A stretch of DNA of 64,000 bases from Dehalococcoidia bacterium (GCA_963663235.2 CAXXNO010000011.1:32001-96000), one strand, 5' to 3'. Shown: positions 9,524 to 18,938, counted from the first letter of the stretch. Notes: generated by a model from the letters alone, not told the origin. A program made the numbers and translations.

Positions 9524-10648
9524 TGTGGTGTTTCAAAACCTCATCACGCTGCATCCCAGAAGTACTCATGGTGTAAGCCGCCCAGAATCGGCCGGCTCGC
9601 TAGGCGCTGCGCCCCACCACGGAGCGTCGGCGTCCGCGGACCGGATGGCGGCTGGTCGCCCAGAGACTGGTGGGGACGCGTGTCGTTGTCGTAGGCGACG
9701 TACTCGCGGAGCACCCGCCGGAGATGCCGTTCCGTGAGCACGATGAGATGGTCCAGACACTCTCGCCGGATCGTGCCAATCACCCGCTCCGCGATCGCGT
9801 TGGCTTTGGGGGCTCGCACGGGGGTCAAGATCGTTTCGATCCCCAGGGCCGCCGCCTTCGGCACGAAGTGACCGCCGTCGTTGCGATCCCGGTCGCGGAT
9901 CAGGAAGCGAGGCGCCGTGTTCCACGGGGTGGCGGCGATGATCTGCCGCCAGACCCAGGGCGCCGTGGGGTGCGCGGTCACGTTCCCATGCAGGATCCGG
10001 CGGCGGTCGTGACTGATCACGAAGAAGACGTAGAACGTCCGCAAGGTAAGCGTCTGCACGGTGAAAAAGTCGGCCGCCCAGATTTCGGGGGCATGCAGGC
10101 GCAGAAAGGTCCGCCAGGTGGGCGACGGCGCCGGCCTGATTCGGCGATAACGATAGACCGTTGTGGGACTCACGGGGTGCCCCAGCACAGCTAACTCGGC
10201 TGCGATGCGGCGCACGCCCCACGTGGGATTCTCCGCTGCCAGCCGGTCAATCAGGCGGCGCGTCTCCAGATCGATCCGCACCCGGCCGGGCTGACCGCCC
10301 CGGCTCTTCCAGCGCCAGTATCGGCGCCAGACAAACCGATGCCACCCGATGACGGTCGCCGGTTGAACGAGCTGCAGATGCGCACGCCAGCCGGCCCAGT
10401 TCCGCGCCGTGACGGACCAGAACCGGCGGTCGCGCGTCTGGAGCCGCGGTCGACGTCCGGACCGTTCCCACACCGCCAGCTGCTGGCGCAGAATCAGGTT
10501 CTCGAGGATCAGATCCCGTCGCCGCCGGCCGAGCATTCCCAGCCCGACCAGAAACAGTCGCCAATAGAGCCACATCGCCGTCCCTCCGCGCGAAGACTCT
10601 CTGGCGGACGCGACTCACACAAGGCCGATAGGGTTTTGAAACACCACA
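9524..10648 (-). mobile_element. IS481/IS3-like element
   Basis: Perfect 17-bp terminal IRs TGTGGTGTTTCAAAACC (9524-9540) and GGTTTTGAAACACCACA (10632-10648); TGT...ACA ends; no clear target duplication. Confidence 0.88.
9544..10575 (-). CDS. Integrase core domain transposase (probably decaying)
   Basis: 'WAADFFTV', 'LIRDRD', 'AERVIGTIRRECLDH', 'GGLHHEY'; GGAGGG SD. Confidence 0.85.
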   Translation of the reverse strand: MWLYWRLFLVGLGMLGRRRRDLILENLILRQQLAVWERSGRRPRLQTRDRRFWSVTARNWAGWRAHLQLVQPATVIGWHRFVWRRYWRWKSRGGQPGRVRIDLETRRLIDRLAAENPTWGVRRIAAELAVLGHPVSPTTVYRYRRIRPAPSPTWRTFLRLHAPEIWAADFFTVQTLTLRTFYVFFVISHDRRRILHGNVTAHPTAPWVWRQIIAATPWNTAPRFLIRDRDRNDGGHFVPKAAALGIETILTPVRAPKANAIAERVIGTIRRECLDHLIVLTERHLRRVLREYVAYDNDTRPHQSLGDQPPSGPRTPTLRGGAQRLASRPILGGLHHEYFWDAA

Positions 10649-10875
10649 AGCACCAGAGCCCGCGCAGTCTCGATGCCAGCGCCGGTACCGGAGTCCAGCG
10701 TCCGCTGCGACCCGTCGTACCCCGATGCGTGCATCCCGCCCGCCCCGCCGGACCTCGATTGTGGGGACAGCCCGAATCGACACTTCCGGGTCGTTGGAAA
10801 CGACCCGCATCGGTTCGACGGCCGGGACTAGGACGGCATTGGATGCGAGAGCTAGCAGGGCATCGCTCGGCCCGC

Positions 10876-12111
10876 TCACGCAGCACACTGAACCCTCCGC
10901 GCTTCGTCGCGCAGCCTCCGCACACGAGCTGCTAAGCCGTCCACACGATGGAGAATTTCATCGAGTGTGCCGGATAGGTCGAGCGCAGTGACCTCAAGCC
11001 GCTTGCCGGCGTGCCGGACCTGGTAGGAGGTCGTGTCCGCCTCGCCCTCCGCGTATATCAGCAATCCACCTGGCAGACCGAGCGCCGTGGCGTATGCCAG
11101 CAACTGGTAGAGGTCGGTCTCAGGTACAGATGTACTGGTCACACTCTTGTACTTCGCATCACCCACGAACGTGCAGGTCTCCCCGTCCCACCAAGAAAGG
11201 TCAGGCTTGAGTTTCACGGTCCCCTTCTCATCGAGGGGGATCTTGCGACCGCCCGCATCGGAGGACAACGTTCGATCAGAAACGCCGAGCCTCTCCCTGA
11301 GCGCCACTGTCACGAAGTCTTGGAACAGCACGTTCATGTCCAGCAGGAAACCAGACGCTCGCACGTTGCCGCGGCCTGATTCGAACTCGCTGTGTCGCAG
11401 GATCAGCCGCGAGAGTCCCACGACGCCCCGATAGTGCTCGTTGAGCCGGTCGAAACGCATATCGGGGACAGCGTTCGGCGAGAACTCGACCGGCGAGACC
11501 TGCTCAAGCATCCCTGCAACTAATCCCAAGCCTCTGCGTGCCGCGTGCGACCGGAGGGGCATTCGGCCGAGCCGCCCGGCCGCCGCCTTCACCAGCCGGT
11601 TCGCCAGGATGTCGGCGGTGAACTCGTCGTATCGCACCTCGATCGGCAGAGCGCTCCCGAACCGCCGCCGCATCTGCTCGGTGAACCTGATGCGCCCCCG
11701 GACGGTGTGCAGTGCCTCCTCCTCCACCCGGTATCCGTGGAGAAGTCCGCGCCCGAACGCTCTTCGGGCGGCGGCGGCGAGCGCCAGCGCGAGCGTATCC
11801 GGCAATGTTTCCTTCTCCTCGAAATCAAACGGTCGTTCCTCTTGGAGCCTGAACACCCCCATGGCGTAGCAGGCCAGCGCCAGGAGTTGCGGGATTCCGA
11901 TCTTCGGCTCGATGAGCACTGACAGATCGCCGATCTCGACCGCCCCAACGGTTGAACCGGCCGTGAGGCGATATAGGCTCTCGCTCCCTGGGATCGGTTC
12001 GATCGAGGTGAGGGCGAGGGCTTTCCGTTCATGGAACAGGGCGTCGAGCTGGCCGATCGAGAGCGTATGGTTGCTTGGCTCGTACTCTTTCAGGTCAAGC
12101 TTGTGCTTCAT
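10876..12111 (-). CDS. mcrC: McrC-family restriction endonuclease subunit
   Basis: 'LKPDL...GDAKYK' PD-(D/E)xK core, 'DLYQLLAYA', 'DMNVLFQDFV'; ATGA overlap with mcrB. Confidence 0.9.
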   Translation of the reverse strand: MKHKLDLKEYEPSNHTLSIGQLDALFHERKALALTSIEPIPGSESLYRLTAGSTVGAVEIGDLSVLIEPKIGIPQLLALACYAMGVFRLQEERPFDFEEKETLPDTLALALAAAARRAFGRGLLHGYRVEEEALHTVRGRIRFTEQMRRRFGSALPIEVRYDEFTADILANRLVKAAAGRLGRMPLRSHAARRGLGLVAGMLEQVSPVEFSPNAVPDMRFDRLNEHYRGVVGLSRLILRHSEFESGRGNVRASGFLLDMNVLFQDFVTVALRERLGVSDRTLSSDAGGRKIPLDEKGTVKLKPDLSWWDGETCTFVGDAKYKSVTSTSVPETDLYQLLAYATALGLPGGLLIYAEGEADTTSYQVRHAGKRLEVTALDLSGTLDEILHRVDGLAARVRRLRDEARRVQCAA

Positions 12112-14441
12112 TCAGCGTCGCTGCCTTCGGTGGGTGCCTGATCCTCTCCATCGTCCAGTTCAAGGCCGTGAGCAGCCTGCTTCCGCACAATGTCCAGGCG
12201 GAACGCTTCCAGCCGTTCAGCATTGCCGAAGAGGCGCTCCTCAACGTAGGGCAGGACGCTGTGTTCCCAAATGCGGGCGACATCGGCGGCACTGAGACCA
12301 CCTGGCTTCATGAAGTAGCTGGGCCCAATGGCAGCGTGCCGGTCGTCACTCAAGAGACCGTTCGCGTGATCGACGATGTCAGCGACCCACTCCATCTCCG
12401 GGGCCGCGTTCTTCTTCAGCCAGCGGCGGAGCAGGCCTTGGACCGGCGGCTTGTCTGGGTGGAATTCCACGAAGTAGAACCGGCGGCGAAGCGCGAGGTC
12501 CACGAGCGCGATCGATCGATCGGCCGTATTCATCGTCCCGATGATGTAGAGATTGTCGGGGAGCGCGAACCGCGCGTCCGAATACTGCAGGTCAATCTTG
12601 CTGTCACGATACTCCAAAAGGAAGTACAGCTCCCCGAACACCTTGGCGAGGTTGCCGCGGTTGATCTCGTCGATGACGAGAAAGTGCTTCGCCTGCGGCT
12701 CCTGCCCCGCCCGCGCCGCAGCCTGCACTAACGGTCCGTCCCTGAGTTCGAAGCCGGGTTGCCCGTTCCGCGCCGGCCGGAAGCCCTGGACGAAGTCCTC
12801 ATACGCGTAGGACGGGTGGAACTGTACAAGCCTCACCCGCTCCTCCGACCCGGCAAGGTGACGAGCGAGCTTGCGCGCGATGAACGTCTTCCCCGTACCC
12901 GGCGGCCCTTGAAAGATCACCTGGCGCTTCTCTTCGAGCAGTGCCTCGATCTCCTCCAGGAAAGAGGGCTCGACGTTTACCTCTGCCGCAAGCTGCGCCA
13001 GGCCAGCCGTTGCGGGTGGAACGCCTTGGAGCACCCAAGCGAGGGATTGCGCGTCAAGGCGGTGACGCAATTTCACTCCGCGATTTTCTGCCTCTTCGAT
13101 AAACCGGTCCAAGAATGCGAGGGCATGGTCGTAGAGCGTTGCCTCGTCCGCATCCTGAGCCGGGTGCTCATAGCCAGTGCGTTCGTATGCGTCCGTGAAC
13201 ATTTTCTTCTGGAAGGGCGGGTACTCTTGAACGCCCAACCCCATCAACAAGACGGACGCCAAGTTCATGCGCGTCCCTGGGCCGCCAATGACTGACTGGG
13301 GCAACAAGCTGCTGAAGCTACGCACCCGCTCTGACACAGGCGCATCGCTCTCGACCCAAATTGCTTCCAGCGCCTTTTGGGCAGCATCGGGCGAAGCATC
13401 AACCCAATCTCGGAACCTGGCCAATTGCACACGATGTACGAGATTGTTATCGCTGCCGACCAGACTACCGATAACGCGTGTGGACCAATCGTCTGACCGG
13501 GCGAGCACTGCCGCGCGCGCCTCCGCGACTTTTAGGCCAATGGCAATCTTGTAGTAGTTCTCGGCGCTGTCCAGCTGTTCCCTGTCGAGGTAATCCTGGG
13601 CGCTTCTGACAAAGTCATCCCACAGGGTGGGTTTGTAGCTGGCATCCCACTTCGCCCGGATGTCGGGTCGGTAGAAACGGAACTCCTCGGCACCGTAGCT
13701 GGCTTCGAGGACAGAGCGGACTTGTTGCAACTTCCGGTCAAGATCGTCCGGGGGATTCTCGACACGATCCCCAAAAGCCTCGGCGATCCGCCTCTTGTGC
13801 TCGAGGCTGACGATCGGCTCAAAGGTCTCGGGGTGGACAAGGTGCAGCAAGGCCTGCCGTTGTGTGCTGGGCGTATTCTGTTTTCCCCGAAGCAAGAGGC
13901 TACGGAACTTCATCGCCATCAAGAATTCCTTGAAGGCCCACGGATCGTTAAGCAGGTGCAGCCGGGTAGCTGAGGGTTGCTCCTTCAACCGCTCCGCGAA
14001 CTCGATGAGTGATCCGACTTGAAACGGGCGGTACGCATGGAACCCTATCCCTGGGTTCGCGATCCCGGGCGTGAGACCCGCGACCAGTTCCGGCGGTATG
14101 TCCACTGGCTGCGGGGACCAGCGGAGGATCGTGGCGATCTGTTGCACTTCGTCCGTACTGTCTGAGGTGTGGACGATGAGGAAATACACATACAGCGCCT
14201 CAGCCATGAGCTGGTAGACGTCCGCCGGGCTGTTGGCCAGCTGCCGTTCCAATTTATTGATAAAGCTGTCATTGGAGTCGTTCGGCCGATCCAGAAATCT
14301 CTCATGGATCTCCCCGAGCCACTGGCGCGTCCATATTGGCTTGCCCGGGGTGAATAATGAGTCGTCCGCCCTCAGCGCACGCGCGACCCATTCTTCAGCC
14401 GCTTTGTAGACTTTTGCAGCACCGCTTTTTCTCGTACCCAT
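12108..14441 (-). CDS. mcrB: McrB-family AAA+ GTPase with long N-terminal region
   Basis: Walker A GPPGTGKT, 'VQFHPSYAYEDFV', Walker B 'LVIDEINRGN', signature 'MNTADRS', 'ALRRRF'; GGAGAG SD before ATG 14441. Confidence 0.92.
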   Translation of the reverse strand: MGTRKSGAAKVYKAAEEWVARALRADDSLFTPGKPIWTRQWLGEIHERFLDRPNDSNDSFINKLERQLANSPADVYQLMAEALYVYFLIVHTSDSTDEVQQIATILRWSPQPVDIPPELVAGLTPGIANPGIGFHAYRPFQVGSLIEFAERLKEQPSATRLHLLNDPWAFKEFLMAMKFRSLLLRGKQNTPSTQRQALLHLVHPETFEPIVSLEHKRRIAEAFGDRVENPPDDLDRKLQQVRSVLEASYGAEEFRFYRPDIRAKWDASYKPTLWDDFVRSAQDYLDREQLDSAENYYKIAIGLKVAEARAAVLARSDDWSTRVIGSLVGSDNNLVHRVQLARFRDWVDASPDAAQKALEAIWVESDAPVSERVRSFSSLLPQSVIGGPGTRMNLASVLLMGLGVQEYPPFQKKMFTDAYERTGYEHPAQDADEATLYDHALAFLDRFIEEAENRGVKLRHRLDAQSLAWVLQGVPPATAGLAQLAAEVNVEPSFLEEIEALLEEKRQVIFQGPPGTGKTFIARKLARHLAGSEERVRLVQFHPSYAYEDFVQGFRPARNGQPGFELRDGPLVQAAARAGQEPQAKHFLVIDEINRGNLAKVFGELYFLLEYRDSKIDLQYSDARFALPDNLYIIGTMNTADRSIALVDLALRRRFYFVEFHPDKPPVQGLLRRWLKKNAAPEMEWVADIVDHANGLLSDDRHAAIGPSYFMKPGGLSAADVARIWEHSVLPYVEERLFGNAERLEAFRLDIVRKQAAHGLELDDGEDQAPTEGSDAE

Positions 14442-14827
14442 CTTCTCTCCGCCGCGTCTTGATCGCCGTCCTGAATCAGGGAAGTCTATATGGTCGTCGA
14501 CAGGGCTTTTGCCTTGTTGCGGGGCCATTAGTCCCAGTTCACGGGATGCTCGCAATCCTCCCCAGTGCTCCCACTCCGCTTCGTCCGGGAAACCAGCCGG
14601 TCTGTTCGACCCATCAAACGACCGCTGGTCGGACGGCGGGCCAGCGACACCAATGGCGAACTAGTGTGCCGTGATGGTCTGCCGCTGCGGCGCGCGTCCC
14701 GCGTCGCGCAGGTCTACCACTGCCCGAACTTCTCTTCTCGCCACGTGTCGCCGTTCACGAATAACACCTTCGCTAATTCCTGTCATTCCTGTCGCAACTC
14801 GGAGAAACGGAGAGTTTTCTGGTCGAC

Positions 14828-15107
14828 GGTTCCGTCAGATCTCAGGGCTCGTCGGGGAGCCTCGCCCATGACGCGACGAGGAGACGCCGATGCCCTGTCC
14901 CCGCTGGAGCTCGACCGCGACGACCAGGCGGCAACGCCGCACCGCACTCGGCTACCCCGAGGTTCAACTGCCGGGCATGCGGCCGGCGCTTCCACGAGCG
15001 GACCGGCCCGCCGTTCAACGATCTCCAGGACCCGACGGATATCGTCCGGCTCGCCGTGTTGGGGCGTCTCCGGTACACGCTCCGCTTCCGCGCCGTCGTC
15101 GCGCTCT
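14828..15107 (+). pseudogene. Degenerate 5' part of an IS6 copy
   Basis: Starts GGTTCCGTCAGATCTCAGGGC (IRL variant) and aligns with the 5' end of the intact copy at 15108, with substitutions and a frameshift. Confidence 0.85.
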
Positions 15108-16061
15108 GGTTCTATCAGATCTCAGGGCTCGTCGGCGTAGCGTCGCCTCGTTCATGACGCAACGAGGAGACGCCGATGCACTGTCCGCACTGCCGCTCGA
15201 CTGCGACGACCAAGCGCAGGCATCGCACGACGCTAGGCTACCAGCGATTCAACTGTCGCGCGTGTGGACGGCGCTTCAACGAGCGGACCGGCACGCCCTT
15301 CAACGATCTCCAGTACCCGACGGACCTCGTGCTGCTCGCCGTGCTGTGGCGCCTGCGGTACAAGCTCAGCTTCCGGGACGTCGCCGAACTGCTCCTCGAG
15401 CGAGGCTACACGGTGACGCATGAGACGATCCGCGATTGGGAGTTCCGCTTCGCGCCACTCCTGGCGGACCGGCTTCGCGCCAAGCGGCGCGGTCGCGCGG
15501 GCGTCTCCTGGTACATCGATGAGACCTACGTGAAGGTCGCCGGGCGATGGTGCTACCTCTATCGCGCGATCGACCGGGAGGGCGCGCTGCTCGATTCGAT
15601 GCTGAGCGCGCACCGCGACAAGCACGCCGCGCGACGCTTCCTGCGGGGTCTCATACAGATCGCCGAACGGAAGCCCTTACGCATCACGACCGACGCGCAT
15701 CCCGCGTATCGCAAGGCGATCCGGTGGATCGTCGGGCGGAAGGTGCGACATCGCTGCAATCAATACCTCAACAACTGGATTGAGCAGGATCACCGCGCCA
15801 TCAAGCAGCGCTACTATCCGATGCGGGGCTTCGGGCGGTTCGCTTCCGCTGCCCAGTTCTGCGCGGCCTTCGATGCGCTGCGCCAGTACTTTCGCGTTCC
15901 GCCCCGGCCCGGACTACCGATCCCGTTGGCGACGCGGCGCCCGCTGTTCGTCGCCCGCTGGCGGTCCCTGATCCAGGAGATGCAGGTCGCCTAGGACACC
16001 ATCAACGCTCGCCGGATCACCACGCATCGTTGGCCCCGCTGCCCTCAGATCTGACAGAACC
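15108..16061 (+). mobile_element. IS6-family insertion sequence, apparently intact
   Basis: IRL GGTTCTATCAGATCTCAGGGC versus IRR reverse complement GGTTCTGTCAGATCTGAGGGC (19/21). Confidence 0.92.
15176..15994 (+). CDS. IS6-family transposase
   Basis: N-terminal CPHC...CRAC zinc ribbon; 'WYIDETYVKVAGRWCYLYRAID', 'TTDAHPAY', 'NNWIEQDHR'. Confidence 0.93.
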   Translation: MHCPHCRSTATTKRRHRTTLGYQRFNCRACGRRFNERTGTPFNDLQYPTDLVLLAVLWRLRYKLSFRDVAELLLERGYTVTHETIRDWEFRFAPLLADRLRAKRRGRAGVSWYIDETYVKVAGRWCYLYRAIDREGALLDSMLSAHRDKHAARRFLRGLIQIAERKPLRITTDAHPAYRKAIRWIVGRKVRHRCNQYLNNWIEQDHRAIKQRYYPMRGFGRFASAAQFCAAFDALRQYFRVPPRPGLPIPLATRRPLFVARWRSLIQEMQVA

Positions 16062-16062
16062 C

Positions 16063-16190
16063 GGTGAGGGTGTTCAGGTATCGATTGCATCGGTGCCGCA
16101 CCGTTCTCCCCAGGATCCCGCGGATCGCTCGGCGGTACGGCGGATGCGGGTCCGTCGTGACACGCTCGGGCTTGCGCTCGGCCACGTCCA
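16063..16190 (-). pseudogene. Inverted internal IS6 transposase fragment
   Basis: Minus strand translates 'VDVAERKPERVTTDPHPPYRRAIRGILGRTVRHRCNRYLNTLT'. Confidence 0.8.
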
Positions 16191-16406
16191 CCGCTGCCCA
16201 GTTCTGCGCGGCCTTCGATGCGCTGCGCCAGTACTTTCGCGTTCCGCCCCGGCCCGGACTACCGATCCCGTTGGCGACGCGGCGCCCGCTGTTCGTCGCC
16301 CGCTGGCGGTCCCTGATCCAGGAGATGCAGGTCGCCTAGGACACCATCAACGCTCGCCGGATCACCACGCATCGTTGGCCCCGCTGCCCTCAGATCTGAC
16401 AGAACC
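16191..16406 (+). repeat. Direct duplicate of the IS6 3' end including IRR
   Basis: Reads as identical to 15846-16061 (offset 345). Confidence 0.9.
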
Positions 16407-16586
16407 CCGTGGACCGCTCGACTGAAAGCACCGAAGCGGCGGTTGGTGTCACGCGCATATTCGATTCGAGTATAGATCAATTGCTCCATCATGCAATCGT
16501 TGAACCCAGAATCACGGGCGAGGCGGGCCCGGAAGGCCGCCGCCCTCGCCTGGGCCTCCGCTGGATCGGTCGCCCGGGGCGTTGCG

Positions 16587-17813
16587 CTAGCTCTCGGGAA
16601 TGAAGATGAAGAGGCGTTGGACGAAGTCCACGAGCCACTGGCCGTTGACGTTGGCCAGGTCGAAGCGCAGCGTCTGTGCCTCATCCTCGCCGGGCACGTC
16701 CAGGACAATCGACACGCGACCCCGCGCACCCTCGATCGTTGACGTGATCTCCACCGTCTCACCGAACACGCCCACCGATTGCACCTTGTCCAGCGAGGCG
16801 CTCACGTCTTCCGGCGACTCCCACCCCCAGATGTCGAGGGCCTCCGGTCCGGCCAACGCGAAAAGGGTCAGGGCGTCGCCGCCCTGGAGCGCGGCCAGGT
16901 AGGTGACGGCGACGGCCTCCAGCGCTTCGATGTCGGATAGCAGGGCGGCGGGGGTGTCGCCCGCCAGATCAACGGAGAACTCGTACGCCCCGATGCGGTT
17001 CCCCACCGAGGTCACGTCCACGCGGTACGCCCCAGTCTGGGGCAGCGCGAAGACGATCTCGGCGTCCAGCGCGTGCCCGGAGTCATCGTCGCGGAACAGG
17101 AACGTCCCGTCGGGCCCGAACACCTCCGCCAGGGTGTCCGTGCCGGTCGCCCCATCAACTCGAATTCGGACGAACTGGTCCGCATCGCCGGCGAACTCAA
17201 ACACGTCCACGTCACCCGGCTCCCCCAGGACTCCTTGCCAGCGGTCGCCGATGACCAAAACACGAGAGTCGTCGTCGTCGTCGGGGGGCACCAACTCCAC
17301 GCTGATGACGAAACGGCCGATGGACTCCTCGAAGGCGGAGACGCGAACGACCTGCAAGCCGCTGGAGGGAAGCCGCGCCACAATCAGCGAGTCGCGGTTG
17401 GATGAGCTGATGTCGTCGTTGGTGACGATCTCCGTGCGGTTTGGCTCCAGCAGCGTGACGATGGGGTCCATCCCGTCTTTGCCGTCGATCACGATGCGCA
17501 CCAAGTCCTGCTCGCTGCCTTCGAAGCGGAACTGGCGTTCCTCGCCGACCGTCTCCAGCGATGCCTCGATCGACTCGCCATAAGCGAGTAAGTCGCGGTC
17601 GGGGTCCGGCTCCGGGGGTGCGGCTTCAGGCTCCGGCTCAGCGGTCGGTTCCTCAGGCAGTGGTTCGGGCTCGGACTCCGGAACCTGCTGTTCCAGCGGC
17701 GCCGCTTGTTCGACCGGCGCCGGCTCCTCCTCGTCGCCACCTCCCCCACAAGCAGTCAGACCGAGGGCGGCGGCGGCCAGTGCAAGGACCAGCGCAGTGC
17801 GTGCGCCAATCAT
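16587..17813 (-). CDS. Lipoprotein with two PPC (pre-peptidase C-terminal)-like domains
   Basis: LTAC lipobox, P/E-rich linker, two repeats containing 'NDD'/'DDD' and 'LPSSG'/'LPQTGAYRV'. Confidence 0.75.
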   Translation of the reverse strand: MIGARTALVLALAAAALGLTACGGGGDEEEPAPVEQAAPLEQQVPESEPEPLPEEPTAEPEPEAAPPEPDPDRDLLAYGESIEASLETVGEERQFRFEGSEQDLVRIVIDGKDGMDPIVTLLEPNRTEIVTNDDISSSNRDSLIVARLPSSGLQVVRVSAFEESIGRFVISVELVPPDDDDDSRVLVIGDRWQGVLGEPGDVDVFEFAGDADQFVRIRVDGATGTDTLAEVFGPDGTFLFRDDDSGHALDAEIVFALPQTGAYRVDVTSVGNRIGAYEFSVDLAGDTPAALLSDIEALEAVAVTYLAALQGGDALTLFALAGPEALDIWGWESPEDVSASLDKVQSVGVFGETVEITSTIEGARGRVSIVLDVPGEDEAQTLRFDLANVNGQWLVDFVQRLFIFIPES

Positions 17814-18050
17814 TACGTCTCCCATCTCCCCAACCGTCAGCGCGGATGGTAGCACTCAGGCCGCCTCGCTACTGGTCAGAAGCGACGGGCCGCCCCGGGC
17901 CGATGGCTCTGCCGCGTCGGGAGCACCGGCATTCTCTCTTTCGAGGTCCGGCAACGCTTGGCCGGGGCGCGCCCGGTCGGCTGCATTCGAGTATTGTGCG
18001 AGTAGCACCGGCGGCGAGGAGGCAGGGCTGTGCGAATCGGGCTCGGTGGC

Positions 18051-18938
18051 ATGCGCAAGGGGTGCCTGGGACTCCTCATTATCGCGCTCCTGATGACCGC
18101 TCTGGTGAGCGCCGGCGGACGGCCGTCGGCGCAGGCGCAGTCGACCGGTGGCGAGGGCGGCGTCCTCTCCCTGGACGCGGGTGGCCAGTTCGTCTTCTGG
18201 AATCTGGGCCCGGCCGCGGCGGGCGACGTCTTCGGATCGGTGAAGATCGCCTGGCTCTTCGACCCCGATGCGCTGAGTTGGACGTCATTCATCCCGGCGC
18301 TGGGGCAGGTCAACTTCGCGCTCGCGAACGGTGCGGTCCTATGGGTGGTGTCGGAGACGCCGCAGGACATTCAGGTCGGCCAGATCTCGTCGCTGTCGCT
18401 CCTCCTCAGCCCCTCCGAGGGCCCTTCCGGCACCATCGCAACCGTCACCGTGACCGGCGCTGAGCCGAGGGCGTTGGTGACCGTGCGGGCGGGTGCGGTG
18501 GAGTCCGAGATCCCGGCGGACGCCACCGGAACGGTGGTGACGGAGTTCACGATGACCGGCGATCCCGGGACGACCATTATCGTGAGCGCCGCCTCCGGCT
18601 TGCCCGGGGAGGAGCGCACCGGGACGGCGACCTTCCTGATCCCGGCAGAGCCGGAGGAAGAGGAGCCGGACGGCGAAGTGATCGTCGAGGGCGTATCGGT
18701 CACGCTGAGTCCCAGTACGGGGCTGTCGGGAACCGAGGTCGTCGTGACCGTGAGCGGGGCGGAGCCCGGTGAGCCGATCACGATTATTCTGCCCGCGGGC
18801 GCCGAGGCCGGCGTGGTCGCCGCCGCCGGCACCTATACGACGAGCGATATCTTCCTTGGCGATCCGGGCGACGTTGTGATCGTCACCGTGATCCTCGGCG
18901 CCGGACAGGCGACGGCCACGTTCACCATCAGCGCCTGA
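18051..18938 (+). CDS. Secreted protein with a Trp-rich N-terminal module and two Ig-like repeats
   Basis: Signal peptide ending 'AQA'; repeats 'LSPSEGPSGTIATVTVTGAEP' and 'LSPSTGLSGTEVVVTVSGAEP'. Confidence 0.7.
   Translation: MRKGCLGLLIIALLMTALVSAGGRPSAQAQSTGGEGGVLSLDAGGQFVFWNLGPAAAGDVFGSVKIAWLFDPDALSWTSFIPALGQVNFALANGAVLWVVSETPQDIQVGQISSLSLLLSPSEGPSGTIATVTVTGAEPRALVTVRAGAVESEIPADATGTVVTEFTMTGDPGTTIIVSAASGLPGEERTGTATFLIPAEPEEEEPDGEVIVEGVSVTLSPSTGLSGTEVVVTVSGAEPGEPITIILPAGAEAGVVAAAGTYTTSDIFLGDPGDVVIVTVILGAGQATATFTISA

Noticed and set aside
14776-14793. 9-bp tandem duplication ATTCCTGTC as an IS excision footprint
   Set aside because: Single short duplication with no supporting context.
16407-16586. 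Protein-like minus-strand frame ('...CMMEQLIYTRIEYARD...') truncated by IS6
   Set aside because: No credible start or SD and no recognisable motif; cannot be supported.
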